Notes under the pieces: model-generated
Database searches by the model: none
The model's input: the letters and a program-made list of their open reading frames with translations, nothing else
What the model was told of the DNA's origin: nothing
Shown: positions 50,879 through 62,915 of the stretch, piece by piece
Position numbering within the stretch: the first letter of the stretch is position 1
How the letters are laid out: each line of letters begins with the position of its first letter
Source: Podarcis cretensis
Lineage: Eukaryota
Assembly: GCA_951804945.1 (NCBI GenBank)
Contig: OX638162.1
Span: 24,676,001 to 24,740,000 of the forward strand
DNA: 64,000 nt
Reading direction: 5' to 3'
Made by a program: the position numbers and the translations under genes

Positions 50879-51728
50879 TGCGTGGACAGGCGGAGTCCCC
50901 AGATCCCGAGTGGTCCCCCCCGTCATGTGGAATAACGACTCTAGACAACGTGCTATGGGATTAAATTGGCCACAACTTTATTAAATTTCAAATGTGGGTA
51001 GACCTTGGCTCAGGCATTGGGCGTTCTCCCTCCCTAGTCCCCAGCCGGGGACCTAGGGAGCATCAGGGTTATCCAGTGTGTGTGTGGGGGATGGGCCGGC
51101 TCTGGAGAACATATGTTCAAGCAGAGATAGCCGCCCCCGTTACGCCGCCGCAGGGGAGAGCAATGACGACCTTTCGGCGTACGGCCAAAGCCTCCCTTCA
51201 AAAACCCCTTTAACGGGGAACCCTGGTATCGCCGCCGCAAAGAGGAAGATGGACTAAAGGATTCCGCCCAAGGCCTGATACCGCCAAAGTTGTGACGTTT
51301 TGCTACGGGAAAGGCGAAACCTGCCAATGCAGGGAAATTCCTTTCCGGCCCTTTAACAGCGACCTTATCGTAGCCGCGCCCGCATACCTGTGGAGAGGTT
51401 AACCTGCAAAACCTATGAAGAAAAGTTAACCTGCAAAAGAAGACATTAACTGAGGGTGGGTAGGGTGGGAGAAGCTCTGGAGCCAAGTGAGGATTAACAA
51501 GTAAGATCCACCCTCTATTGTGTGGGCAGGTAATCCCTCCCCTTACCTGGCCTGGTTTCCCTGGCAACGCTTCCCCCAGGTGGGACTGGACAACTCACTG
51601 GGGTAGGCGGGGACCTCCAGGTATCCCACCTGAGGGAAGGCAAAGCCTATGCTGATGGGGCCACTCCAGATCCAGGGCTGCACGCGTCCACGCAAAAGGC
51701 GCCCCCCGTTTTAAGTGGGGAGCGGTCA
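50879..51728 (-). mobile_element. CpG-rich solo LTR, probably Gypsy-type
   Basis: TG...CA termini, 4-bp TSD ttat / ttac (1 mismatch), minus-strand aataaagttgtggcc near the left end, CpGs retained. Confidence 0.6.
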
Positions 51729-53250
51729 TTACCAGAAGTGACTCAGGTATGTTTTCATAAGGACTTTGCTGAGGCAGCTGAGTGATATTATGGGTTGTAT
51801 TCAACTAAGTTTTACCAGCCATAGAACCACTCAAGTTAATGGACATTACTAACTTAGTTCCATTAATTCCACTTGGTCTATCTGGAGTAGGACTTAGTTG
51901 AATACAATCCACTGTATTGTACTTGAATCCTACTGTTTTAATTGAATGTGTGCTGTTGGTTTTCATTACATTTTAAATTGTTAGTTATCAACCCTGAGAT
52001 GATTTATGAAGCATATAAATTGTAGAAAATAAACAAGATCACTTCCGTCAGGAAGGGGTTTATAGTGAAAAATGTGATGTGAAAAAATAATATAAAAAAT
52101 GAATTAAGTTCTTTGGAGATTCACCAAAACCTAAGCAAGCACATTTTCTGGAAGCACTGTGTGGCATCTTTATTGAAATTGGCTTTTGGTGGTTATAGAT
52201 AGGAAAGGGCTGGGCAAAACAGCCAATTGTTACCTGCCTGGAGACTTTTTTGACCATTTGTGCTGCAAGTCCAAACGAAACAAAGAGATAGGATTGTGAG
52301 TACCATCAAATAAAAACAGCTGTGTTTTTTTTTTTTTTTTTACTAAAAATAAAACAAAACTCATGTTAGGATACCTATACACATTTTACTGGACAAATAA
52401 ATATTCACTCTCAGTATTCCCTAAAGAAGTTAGAATGCTCTTGAGGATTCCATAACATCACTAGCTCATCAAATGGCTAGAGAGAGGCATACGGAAAGTG
52501 GTTTACCCCTTCTTGTCACATATAAAACTAGTAGATTCAGAGATGATTGGCAATAAAGAGATTAAAAAACCACTGCTTTTGCCACCAGATGTCCACAGAC
52601 ATACCTGACTTCTGTGAGTTTTTGTACTTCACAAAGTGAAGGTAGAGCAGGGATAAGATAAGTGGAATGAACCAGAGAAATGTCAGAGAGCCTGAGCACT
52701 CTCCCTGAAAAGGAAAAAGGGGGGAGGAGAGAAAAAGAGCCAGTTGCTGATTATTGCCAGGCGGTTTGAGGTGAAGCCTCATATCTTTGAAAGTCATACC
52801 AAATCCCAAAGGTCAGTGCAGCACTGAAACCCTTCCCATCACATGATTGTGTGTGCGCGATTTGCCTCTATAAAAATGTCGACAAATTTATGTGGAGTGT
52901 GGTCACTCAAGTCTGAGGGCTAACACGTAGCAGGTTTTCACGAGAGAAGGGCAATGACATCATGGAGTTCTAATGCGAGGTCATTTTTTTTAGACCTCGG
53001 CTGTGCCAATCATTTATTTGTTTTTAAGGCTATTGTGATGTCATGGAGAGCTCAGTTGCATAAATCAGGATTACTCTGGCATTGGAAAAAGACCACATGT
53101 CCTAAGGAATATAAATGGTGATTTACATACAATTTTTGAGACAACCCTATGAATGCAAGGTCTCTTTGACTAATTCTTGCTATCTCATTCTTTATCCAAA
53201 GGGTTTATTTGATATGGAACTACAACCGGCTTGGCCTTTAGGAAATAAAG

Positions 53251-53294
<44 letters not shown>

Positions 53295-54199
53295 AACCTG
53301 CAGCTAGGCATTTCTGCTTGCTATTACGACTGGAGTTGGCATTCTTTAGGACCTTGGGGAGTTTCTGAGTTCCACTGGTATGCAGCAAATGCCTTGTAAA
53401 TTAAGAGTCCCTAATGAAAACGCGCTGGTGTCCAAGCGGAGCAATCATCTGGTTAAAATCAGCCAGTAATTCCACTAATTTTACTGCCCTTCTCCCAGCC
53501 CTCAACGCCTCATTTAGGAAAAAAATGTTTATGTTCCCCTCGAAACACCTGCGTATTTTAACTCAGGGGGTCCCTGAAGCAATTATTTTTATTTTATTTT
53601 ATTTTCATTTTTTTAAGGCTTCGTGTTGGGAAATACACCAACATTCATCCTTCTTCTGAACCGAAACGCATCGATGTCCTGGGATTCCCCACATTCAGAC
53701 ATGCTTAACTAGGACTGGTTCCTCTCCCCCCCCCCTTCCCCTGCTTCCACACTTCACAGGCTCCATCAGCCAATATCATTTCCTTCCCACACAGCTGCTT
53801 TCCAGAACCAGGTATGTTGTTTTTTTCCTGTCCACCAGCTCTTCCACTCCACATTAAAACATGAACTAGGTAGCTGAGGCAATGATCCTAGTTGCACTGA
53901 TTTAGGAGTGTGCCTTGCTGATTTAGGAGTGCCTTACTTCCAAGTAAGCATGCTTAGGATTGGACTACACATTGGTTGATTAAGAAAGAAACTCTTCTTC
54001 TCATTGTTGTTGTAAAAAACAAAACAAAAACATTTTATTGTGATGCATCCAAAGTACCTTAATGTTCCACCTTGATTGCTGAGGTCTTTTGATGGGGCTG
54101 CTTGGGGATTTCCACTGCTCCTGGCGTTCAGCTGGCCTTTACTGGGGCCCACCCTGTGAAACTCATTGCCAATAGATGTTCAGCAGGAGCTGTTCACCT

Positions 54200-54560
54200 T
54201 ATTCTGAAACACCTAATGGCTGTTCCCAAGAGCTTCATCTAGATACAGTGGACGCTTGGGTTGCGAACGTGATCCATGCGAGATGCACGTTCACAACCCA
54301 CAGCGTTTGCAACCCGTGTCTGAGCATGCGCGGGTTGTGATTCGGTGCTTCTGTGCATGCACAAAGCACAATCTAGTGCTTCTGCGCATGTGCGACCGCC
54401 AAAACCCAGAAGTAACTCGTTCCAGTACTTCTGGGTTTCACAACCTGAAAAAACACAACCTGAAGCGGCTGTAACCCGAGGTATGACTGTATTAAATAGC
54501 ACCAGACATAAGATAGACCCCTGCAGCACCCCATAGCATAATGAAAGGACTGATGCCACA
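54200..54560 (-). mobile_element. L2 RT fragment split by a MITE
   Basis: LCYGVLQGSILCLVLFN on one side and MKLLGTAIR on the other resemble the RT motif GVPQGSILSPMLFNIYMKPLG. Confidence 0.7.
54246..54489. mobile_element. Tc1/mariner-type MITE
   Basis: ta|cagtggacgcttgggtt...aacccgaggtatgactg|ta. Confidence 0.85.
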
Positions 54561-54851
54561 ACTTTGGAATTATTTTGCCTAGGATAGGATCATGCCGCAG
54601 TGCATCCTCACCATTTTTAGAATAAATTTGTTATTGTGTTGTATTGCATTTTATTGTTTTGTCCAGATACGGATCAATAAATGGCAAATGTAGTAACTGA
54701 ATAGATGAGCCCCATTGAACACAGCGGGACTTTTCCTCATAGTTAAAACATGCACAGGTTCGCCATGCCTTGCTGCAATCCTTAGTCACAAGCGGATGGA
54801 GCCAATCAGAAGTGGGATAATGAACCTGATGTCACCAAGGGTAAGTGAAGT

Positions 54852-54991
54852 CATAGAATCATAAAGTTGGAAGGGACCACAAGGACCATGGAGTCGAACC
54901 CCCTGCAGTGCAGGAGTCTTTTGCCCAGCATGGGGTCCAAACCCACAACCCTGAGATTAAGAACCTCGTGCTCTCTGGACTGAGCCATCCC
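54852..54991 (-). mobile_element. tRNA-Lys(CTT)-derived SINE with CR1-like tail
   Basis: Reverse: ggctcagtccagagagcacgaggttcttaatctcagggttgtgggtttggacccc, then gtcccttccaactttatgattctatg. Confidence 0.75.
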
Positions 54992-55976
54992 ACACTATCC
55001 CATTGAGAGCAACAAGGGCAAAACAAATGGATGGGCAAAGAGTTGTGCAAGTGGGTGCCAAAAATAGCTGGAAAAGGGAGGCATTTTTCTGACACTCCCA
55101 AAATCTTTCATGAAACAGTGAGTGCAGTTTTGGCTCATCCTGAGTTGACACAATGCAGAAATATTAGGTGAGAGGAGCAGTAGAAGAATGTTAACTTGTT
55201 CATTTATTATAGCGTTGCCAAGGAAGGTCAAACAACCTGATTCACTGCTTCTCTCTCTCCAGCCCTGTCTGCAAAGTACATTGAGTAAGTTGGAAAGTAT
55301 TTCCATTTGCAGAACGCGCTTCCTCTTCATTTCATACATCTGCAGGCACAAGAGAAGGCATAACCGACCACAAATGAGATCAGGGAACTGAAAAACTTGG
55401 TCTGGTAATATAAACTCCAGGCCTCTGAAAAATCTGGGAAGGGGGTTGGCTACGGAAGGCAGAGGCAAGATTATTGCTGCTTCTTTTCTATTAAAAAGAA
55501 CAGCATATCACTTGATTTTTGTATTCTAATAGTAATAAGCTTTTCGGTTTTCAAAACTGGGCAAAACCTGCATCCCACTATATTTTAACTGCTGCTCAAA
55601 GGCTGCAGTGATATGCACACTTCTAAGTGGGAGATGTAGTTCTCTTTCTTGATATAAAAGAAAAGTGACGAAATAGCTTGAGCTTGCTGGAAAGAGTTGT
55701 GGAAGAGAAATAAAACACCTGCAAGAAAAGAAAGCTGGAAACTCAAACTGTGTTGATATCCCTTTGGTCTTGCTGAATATTGATTGTAACATCTGAAAGG
55801 GGGGGCACGTGCATGAATAATATTTACAACAACACTCTAAGGTTGCACCCCCCATATTTCAAATGAGGCAGGGGTCTGGTTCAGAGAGACAAGGCCACCC
55901 AGTCCATTCATAGCAGAGGTGAGATTTGAAACAACAACTTCCTGAGTTGGAGCACACTCACTTTAGCCACTACCAC

Positions 55977-56407
55977 CGAGACCACATAACACTGGTCTTG
56001 AAAGACCTACATTGGCTCCCAGTTTGTTTCTGAGCATAATTCAAAGTGTTGGTGCTGACCTTTAAAGCCCTAAATGGCTTCGGTCCAGTATACCTGAAGG
56101 AGCGTCTCCACCCCCATTGTTCTGCCTGGACACTGAGGTCCAGCGCCGAGGGCCTTCAGGCCCTCACTGCAGGAAGCCAAATTACAGGGAACCAGGCAGA
56201 GGGCCTTCTCGGTAGTCGCACCTGCCATGTGGAACGCCCTCCCACCAGATGTCAAAGAGAACAACTACCAGACTTTTAGAAGACATCTGAAGGCAGCCCA
56301 GTTTAGGGAAGCTTTTAATGTTTGATGCATTACTGTATTTTAATATTTTATTGGAAGCTGCCCAGAGTGGCTGGGGAAGCCCAGCCAGATGGGCAGGGTA
56401 TAAACAA

Positions 56408-56450
<43 letters not shown>
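55977..56450 (+). mobile_element. L2 LINE 3' fragment with (TTA)n tail
   Basis: LVLTFKALNGFGPVYLKERLHPH... Confidence 0.9.
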
Positions 56451-56451
<1 letters not shown>

Positions 56452-58419
56452 TACACCATGCCAAATTCACCACTGCTTTTTGTATTTCCTCTCTTTCTAA
56501 AGGAGGGGGTGGAATGCCCACTGGTCTGCCTCACCTCATCTCAGGAAGAAACATGATCCAACAGGTGAACGGCAAATGGCCTTAAAATGGTATCTTTAAA
56601 CTCAAAAGTACCCATCAGCACCCCCCACACACACAATGTTGGGAAGCTGAAAACTGCAGAAAATTTGAAGGTAAGAGCATAGAAGTTGGAAACTTTTTTC
56701 AGGCTTAGAGCCACATTGTGTCATGGGTAACTTTCCAGAACAGCATTCTAGTGGTAGATGGAGCCAGAGGAAGAAATGGAGAAAGCAATGGATGTGATAC
56801 TTTCTGTAGGCTACATTCCTGGCATTGAAAGTTTTCTACAACACACTTCTGTATTCAGCCAGGCAAAGGTTCATCACAGCTCAAGGATGTAGTCTCGCCA
56901 GACAAAAATGATGAGAGAAGAGCAGTGAGGGACATGGACGGGGCACAGGGGGCCAGATAGAGGCTGCTGGGGGCCACATTTATTCCCTGGCTTGTTATTT
57001 TCCCCACAGCTGGCAGAAGCTGTGGAAAGGGCTCCAAAAGGGATTTGGCAAATGCAATGGATTTCCGAGTACATTAGGAATCTGTGCATTTGTGTTCTGA
57101 AATGAATTAGGATTGGAGAGAGGGCACTTTTTCTATAACTGCAGGTCAAAATAAAACACACACACAGATACCCTGTTCTCTCATCTGCTTGCGGTAATTA
57201 CAAACAGAAAGTCCTTTTTGCCAGCTGCAAGGTTCATGGAGAAGTGGAAGGAAGATGTATTACTTTCTAACTCCTGAATCTGTTGGTTTTTTGTTTTTTA
57301 AGAAAGGGGAGTGAGCCAAATCTTCTGTTTCAGCTTCCTGATAGGGTATATTTCATATACCTGGCAAAGTCATGATTCCATTTTGGTGGTATATCTATAG
57401 CATCAGTATCGAAAGTCGGATGCAAATACATGTGTTCTCAGGCCAGGTTCAAGTTTTGTGTATTAACTGACAAGGCTCTTAACAACTTATGTCCAAGTGT
57501 TGGAGTGTTGGAATAGGATCTGGGAAACCAGGGTTCAAATCCTTACTCAGCCTGTGAATCTCACTGAGTGGACCTGGGCCCAGTCTCTGTCTCTCAGCCT
57601 GAACTACCTCACAGAGTTGTTGTGGGGATAAAATGGGGAGGACAGCACCATGTAAAACACCTTAGGCTTCTTGGAGGAAAAGGTGGTATATAAATGTAAG
57701 AAATTAAATAAATATGATAAGCATTTTTAATACACACTTTCCTCATGTGTGCATTTTTGTGCAGATTATTTCGTACAAATTTGCAAAATTCAGAGTAGTG
57801 CAAAATTGTTCCCTGTGTTTCCTTGGAGAGTATGAATTATGTAGGTTCACATTAAAATCCAAAACAAATTTCTTCCTTGTCCCTAATCTGGGTGAGTTTT
57901 GGGCGCAATTGAGAGAGAAGTCAAGAAACTCAAATCTCCTCCATCCTTTGTCCATCTACTCATAACTCCCATAAACATGACTGTGGCTTGGAAGAGGGCC
58001 ATTTTTCAAATTGCACAACTGTACCAAAAAACCAGTCAGCCTCAGGTAACACTGACTCTGTTTTAAAGTGCACCTTTATAACTTTCCTGCTGCTGAATGC
58101 AAAAGCCTATTATGCAAGCTACTCTCTTGATTTCTGACTGCCTGTTTACACATAACAGAAGGGGGCAAGCTGAGAGCAGGTCTGTTTTCTGCACCTATTA
58201 TTCAGTTGCATTGTTGAAGTTCAGTGCTAAGCTGCCTTTTCAAATATCTATCTATCATCTATCATCTTTCTATCTATCATCTATCTATCACACAGCAAAA
58301 TGTCCTATGATTCTAGAACATTATAGCAGAATTGTTTTCTGCTCAAAGAGAGAGAGAAAAAACGGAAGAGGCTGAGATGTGGGGTGGAGGAAGATGAAGA
58401 AACAGCTTGGGACTTAATA

Positions 58420-58960
58420 AACACCTTAGCCTGGAGCTCTAAGCTTTTATTCATGAGGATGTTTATCTCGATGTACTCGCTGTGGCTCCTTTACTGCACA
58501 GTCTTAAATTACCATTGCAAAGGTTATATGTTTATTTACAAAAAGCTGGCTCTGAATGGTGATCCTTAAGGCAAAGAGGGTGTCTCACGCCAATAAACAT
58601 CGCTTGCTCTCTTAAACGCCGAGGCCAGATGAATGAGGTGATGTTTAGTGCCGTGGACATATTACAGTTTATGGCTTCATTAACTACCTGACCTGTATTA
58701 TGTGAAAATTTCATCAAAGTGCAATGCATATTTATTCCCTGAGGTGGGCTGGCCGCTGATGCTTGATTCTTAAAGGAAAAAGAGCAGGTAATTACTTATA
58801 ATTAGAGTGCTGGGGAAGTGAGGGCATTTGAGGAGGGAAGGCAATTTTCCTGGGCTTGTGATGACACTTAGCCAAGTGATTGCTTGGCGTATCGAATTCG
58901 CACGCCGAGGTGAAAGAGAGATGGGCAGGAAGACGTTGATGTGGCTTCTGTGGAAGCTTC
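58420..58960. promoter_or_regulatory. Candidate conserved non-coding element/enhancer
   Basis: Repeat-free, CpG-retaining; TTTATGG, ATCAAAG (TCF/LEF), TAATTA x2, TATTTAC (Fox). Confidence 0.4.
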
Positions 58961-59271
58961 AAGAATGTGAAAGGCATCTATAGTCCTTAGTATGGCACAG
59001 CTAGGTCCCCAAATCAGCAAGGGGGCTCAGCAACATTGCACTTTGAATGGCGCACCCAAGAGGAACACAGAGGGCATGACAGAATTCTGGGTTTTCATGG
59101 ACTTTCATGGACTTAAGTAGGTTAAAGGCCTACTTAAAGTGCTTTGGCCAGTGGTATGGACAATGTTAGAGACAGCAGCAGGGGACTCACCCCTAAATGT
59201 GCTCCAGATGGCACAGGCCCAGACTGAGCCCCAAAGCCTCTGGGTACCCTGAGATGTTCACCAGAGAAGTG

Positions 59272-59314
59272 CATACCCTCCAGCATTTCTCCGATGAAAA
59301 TAGGGATGTCCTAA

Positions 59315-59349
<35 letters not shown>

Positions 59350-59369
59350 ATGTATACCCCATCCATCTG
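59272..59369. mobile_element. Truncated copy of the composite CATACCC MITE
   Basis: cataccctccagcatttctccgatgaaaatagggatgtcc, then (taaa)n and reversed L2 end; similar junction to 25788. Confidence 0.65.
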
Positions 59370-60716
59370 TTTATGGAGAAATCTGTTTTATGGGTGGTTT
59401 TAAAACAAGTTTTTAAATAAGCCATCCCAACCTCCTCCCCATCTTCTTCAGCAAGGTATCACCAAACCAGTCACTGGGAAGACTCAATGCACAGTGAATG
59501 AGGACAAGAAAGAAGCTGGTATCATTGTCACTCCTACGCATGGACATCTCTGCCTCTCCTGCCTGTGCTAAGCATAGAACATGCTGTGCTTCTAAAACAA
59601 TGCAAGCGCTGGAAACAGCAAACAGTGATTGAAAGACAGCAGAATGCAGGAGGAGATGAAAGTGTCACCATGAACCATCTTTAGACCAGTAACCCTCTCG
59701 CAAGCCCTAGAATCCATGCATAGCACAGTGTAAATACACTGTGGTGTCTCTTCCCAGGGAAGGTTAATTTTTATAGACGTCAGGACAGCCTTTTCACAGG
59801 GCAGCAAAACTTTCTAATATCATTAAAACCCAACTGAATGGAACGCCTAGCTGCAAAGACGTTAAGGCCAGTTGTGTGACCTTCTCAAATACAAATGGCC
59901 TGGCTGTTTGCCAGCACTTAAAAACACCCCAAACCTGCTAAATCTCTTTCTTAAAACAACTGTAACTCTTCCCTTTCAAGTTTTTCAACCTTTCACCCGC
60001 CAGGTTCCTAGCCCTTCACCCCTGACCCACGGCTGTGTTTGCTTAGTATTGTGCCAATCGAGTTTAGAAAGGTGAAAAAACTTGATGGTGCAAAGGAGGG
60101 AGAAGAATCCAGGAAGCAAACCTATGCAAAATCCCAGCACAACTCTCCCTTTTCAAAGAGGTGCAACTCCGATGGAACTTAAGAGATAATTCAGAACTGT
60201 ACATAAACTGGCTGTTAACTAAACACAAGCGGCATGATCTGGTCCAGTGATATAGTGGACAGGTGCACTTAGGAGAGTTCTTGGATGAGTCAGGTGGAAA
60301 TGCAAGTGGAAATTGCTGGTGTTTGTTTATTTGCCCCATGTTTGAATTGGAAATCAGTCCAGCAAATATGAACAGTATTTGCAGTTGTTGTTTTCAGTTC
60401 ACAAATGATACATAATCAATTGCACACCACCACTCATTTTCATTATATTTCCTTTGCATTGAAATGAATGGGGTGGGAGGGAAATGCACTGCAGTGGAAT
60501 GGGAACACTGCTGCATGTGATGGGAACACGGCAGAGTGGGAAACTATGCTTTATTACATCCCTAGGTGCACTTCGTGAGAACCCATGAAGCCAAGCCCCT
60601 TCCAAGACTATGCAACTTTTGACCAATGCAGCCATTTGGGACGATGGCATCTGCAGAAGTTCTACTGAGGGACAGGGAGCTCAGGGCATTATGTTCCTAT
60701 ATTTCCTTCTCAGCCT

Positions 60717-61078
60717 AGGTAAAGGTAAAGGTACCCCTGCCCGTACGGGCCAGTCTTGACAGACTCTGGGGTTGTGTGCCCATCTCACTTAAGAGGCCAG
60801 GGGCCAGCGCTGTCCGGAGACACTTCCGGGTCACGTGGCCAGCGTGACATCGCTGCTCTGGCGAGCCAGAGTCGCACACGGAAACGCCGTTTACCTTCCC
60901 GCTGGTAAGCGGTCCCTATTTATCTACTTGCACCCGGAGGTGCTTTCGAACTGCTAGGTTGGCAGGCGCTGGGACCGAGCAGCGGGAGCGCACCCCGCCG
61001 CAGGGATTCAAACCGCCGACCTTTCGATCGGCAAGTCCTAGGCGCTGAGGCTTTAACCCACAGCGCCACCTGCGTCCC
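60717..61078 (-). mobile_element. Young Sauria (Squam1) SINE
   Basis: Reverse complement of the 19028 copy with about 4 mismatches by eye. Confidence 0.97.
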
Positions 61079-61275
61079 TAGGAACTGCTTAATTGAACGT
61101 CTCAGTCTAGGAACTGCTTAATTGAAAGAGTGTAGCCCACAGCTCAGTGTTAGAGCATCTGCTTTGCATGCAGAAAGTCTCATGTTTGATCACTACCATC
61201 TCTAGACAGGGCTGGGAAAGTCCCCTGCCTGCAGCCCCTGATAGCGGTTGCCAGTCAGCATAGACCAGCATAGAC

Positions 61276-61650
61276 CAGGGGTCAGCAAGGCTTACTGGGC
61301 ATGGGCCGGATCACTCCTGCGGAGATCCTCCGTGGATCGGACCAGCACAGCACGAAGCCGGAAATGGTGTCAAAATTGCTTCTGTGCAGATGCAATTTTC
61401 GGTGTCTAGGCATGCGCAGAAGTGATTTCCAGTGCTGTGGACATGCGCAGATGCCATTTCCGGTGCCTCAGCATGTGCAGAAGTGATTTCTGGAGCCGCA
61501 GAAGAGAGGTCCCATGCCGCGCTGCGCTGGTTTAGCGCAGCGTGCGGGGACTCACCAAGCAGGCGGCTCGGTTTGGGGGTGGCTCATGGGCCAGTTAAGC
61601 GACTCTCATGGGTTGCTTCTGGCCCATGGGCCTTAGGTTGCCAGCCTCTG
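61276..61650. mobile_element. hAT MITE nested in a tRNA-Ala SINE
   Basis: Perfect 8-bp TSD gcatagac; TIR caggggtcagcaa / ttgccagcctctg. Confidence 0.85.
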
Positions 61651-62618
61651 GCATAGACAATACTGAGCTAGATGGACCAGTAGTCTGACTTTCCACAAGC
61701 CAGGAACACAACTGTAGCTCATGGGCTGAAGCAGAGTGGTAGAACATCCTCTTTTTCTTGCAGAAGGTGCCATGTGCTAAAAAGGCTAGCAAACACTCTT
61801 GTCTGAAACTCTGCAGATCCACTGCCAGTGAGAGCAGGACAACAGTGAGCCAGAAGGACAAGCTCTTCTAAGTTGTTGTAATGCCACTTCCTGTGTTCCT
61901 AAGAGTTTATAGAAGACAATAGCCAGAACTTCCAGCATAGGAGCTGTGAATGAATTAGACCCATTGATTCAGGAATAATGCAGCAGGTTATGATTAATTC
62001 TGCTATTTTCCGCAGGACCAAATTTGTACCAGATCATTCTGTCACATGGTACTAATAAATTACCTGAGGGCATTGCATTGTTGTCGGGTTTTGTTTTTGT
62101 TTAGTATTATTTAGCATAATGTTGCATTTTGGTTATTACATTATTTATCATGTTACATGTCATCAGCCCCTCTTTAATTAAGGTGATGGAATCCAGCAGC
62201 ATGGAGGCTCACCCTATCCTTGTACTTATTTGGAAGAAAGATACATCTTTCTCATACACACACACACACACGTTTTAAAATGCAAAGTAAAACACCATGC
62301 TCTTCTGTGCAGTAACCAAGCTGTGTGTACACATGCAAACATGTGTTTCTGTCACAAATTGATTGCAGGGATACCACAAAGGCATTTCTTGCATCACCCA
62401 AAGGGAATGTAGCATGCCCAGTAAATCACTGAAGGGAGAAACAAGTAGAATTTCCTGCTTCACTTGCACTCCCTGCCTCTCAATTGAACCAGATTCAGCT
62501 AGGTAGCTGTGTTGGTCTGACACAGTCAAAATAGATAAAAAAATTAAAACATTGTCCAGTAGCACCTTAGAGACCAACTAAGTTTGTTCTTGGTATAAGC
62601 TTTTGTGTGCATGCACAC

Positions 62619-62655
62619 GTATCTGAAGAAGTGCGCATGCACACAAAAGCTTACA
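62619..62655 (+). ncRNA. Degenerate minimal type I hammerhead-ribozyme-like motif
   Basis: gtat-CTGAAGA-a-gtgcgc-at-gcacac-AAAA(GAAA in the 3797 copy)-gctta; stem I partner disrupted by the MITE. Confidence 0.5.
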
Positions 62656-62915
62656 CAGTGGTACCCCAGGATGCAAATGGGATCCGTTCCGGAGACCTGT
62701 TTGCATCCTGAACAGAGCGTAAGATGCGACAGCGCGTCTGCTCATGCGCGGGTCGTGTTTCGCCGCTTCCACACATGTGCGTGACGTCATTTTGACCGTC
62801 TGCACATGCACAAGCGGCGAAACCCAGAAGTAACACACTCAGTTACTTCCAGGTCACCGCAAAGCGCAACCTGAAAGCGCTCAACCTGAAGCGTATTTAT
62901 CCCGAGGTATGACTT
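62656..62915. mobile_element. Tc1/mariner-type MITE
   Basis: cagtggtaccccagg...cccgaggtatgact; related to the 54246 copy. Confidence 0.8.
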
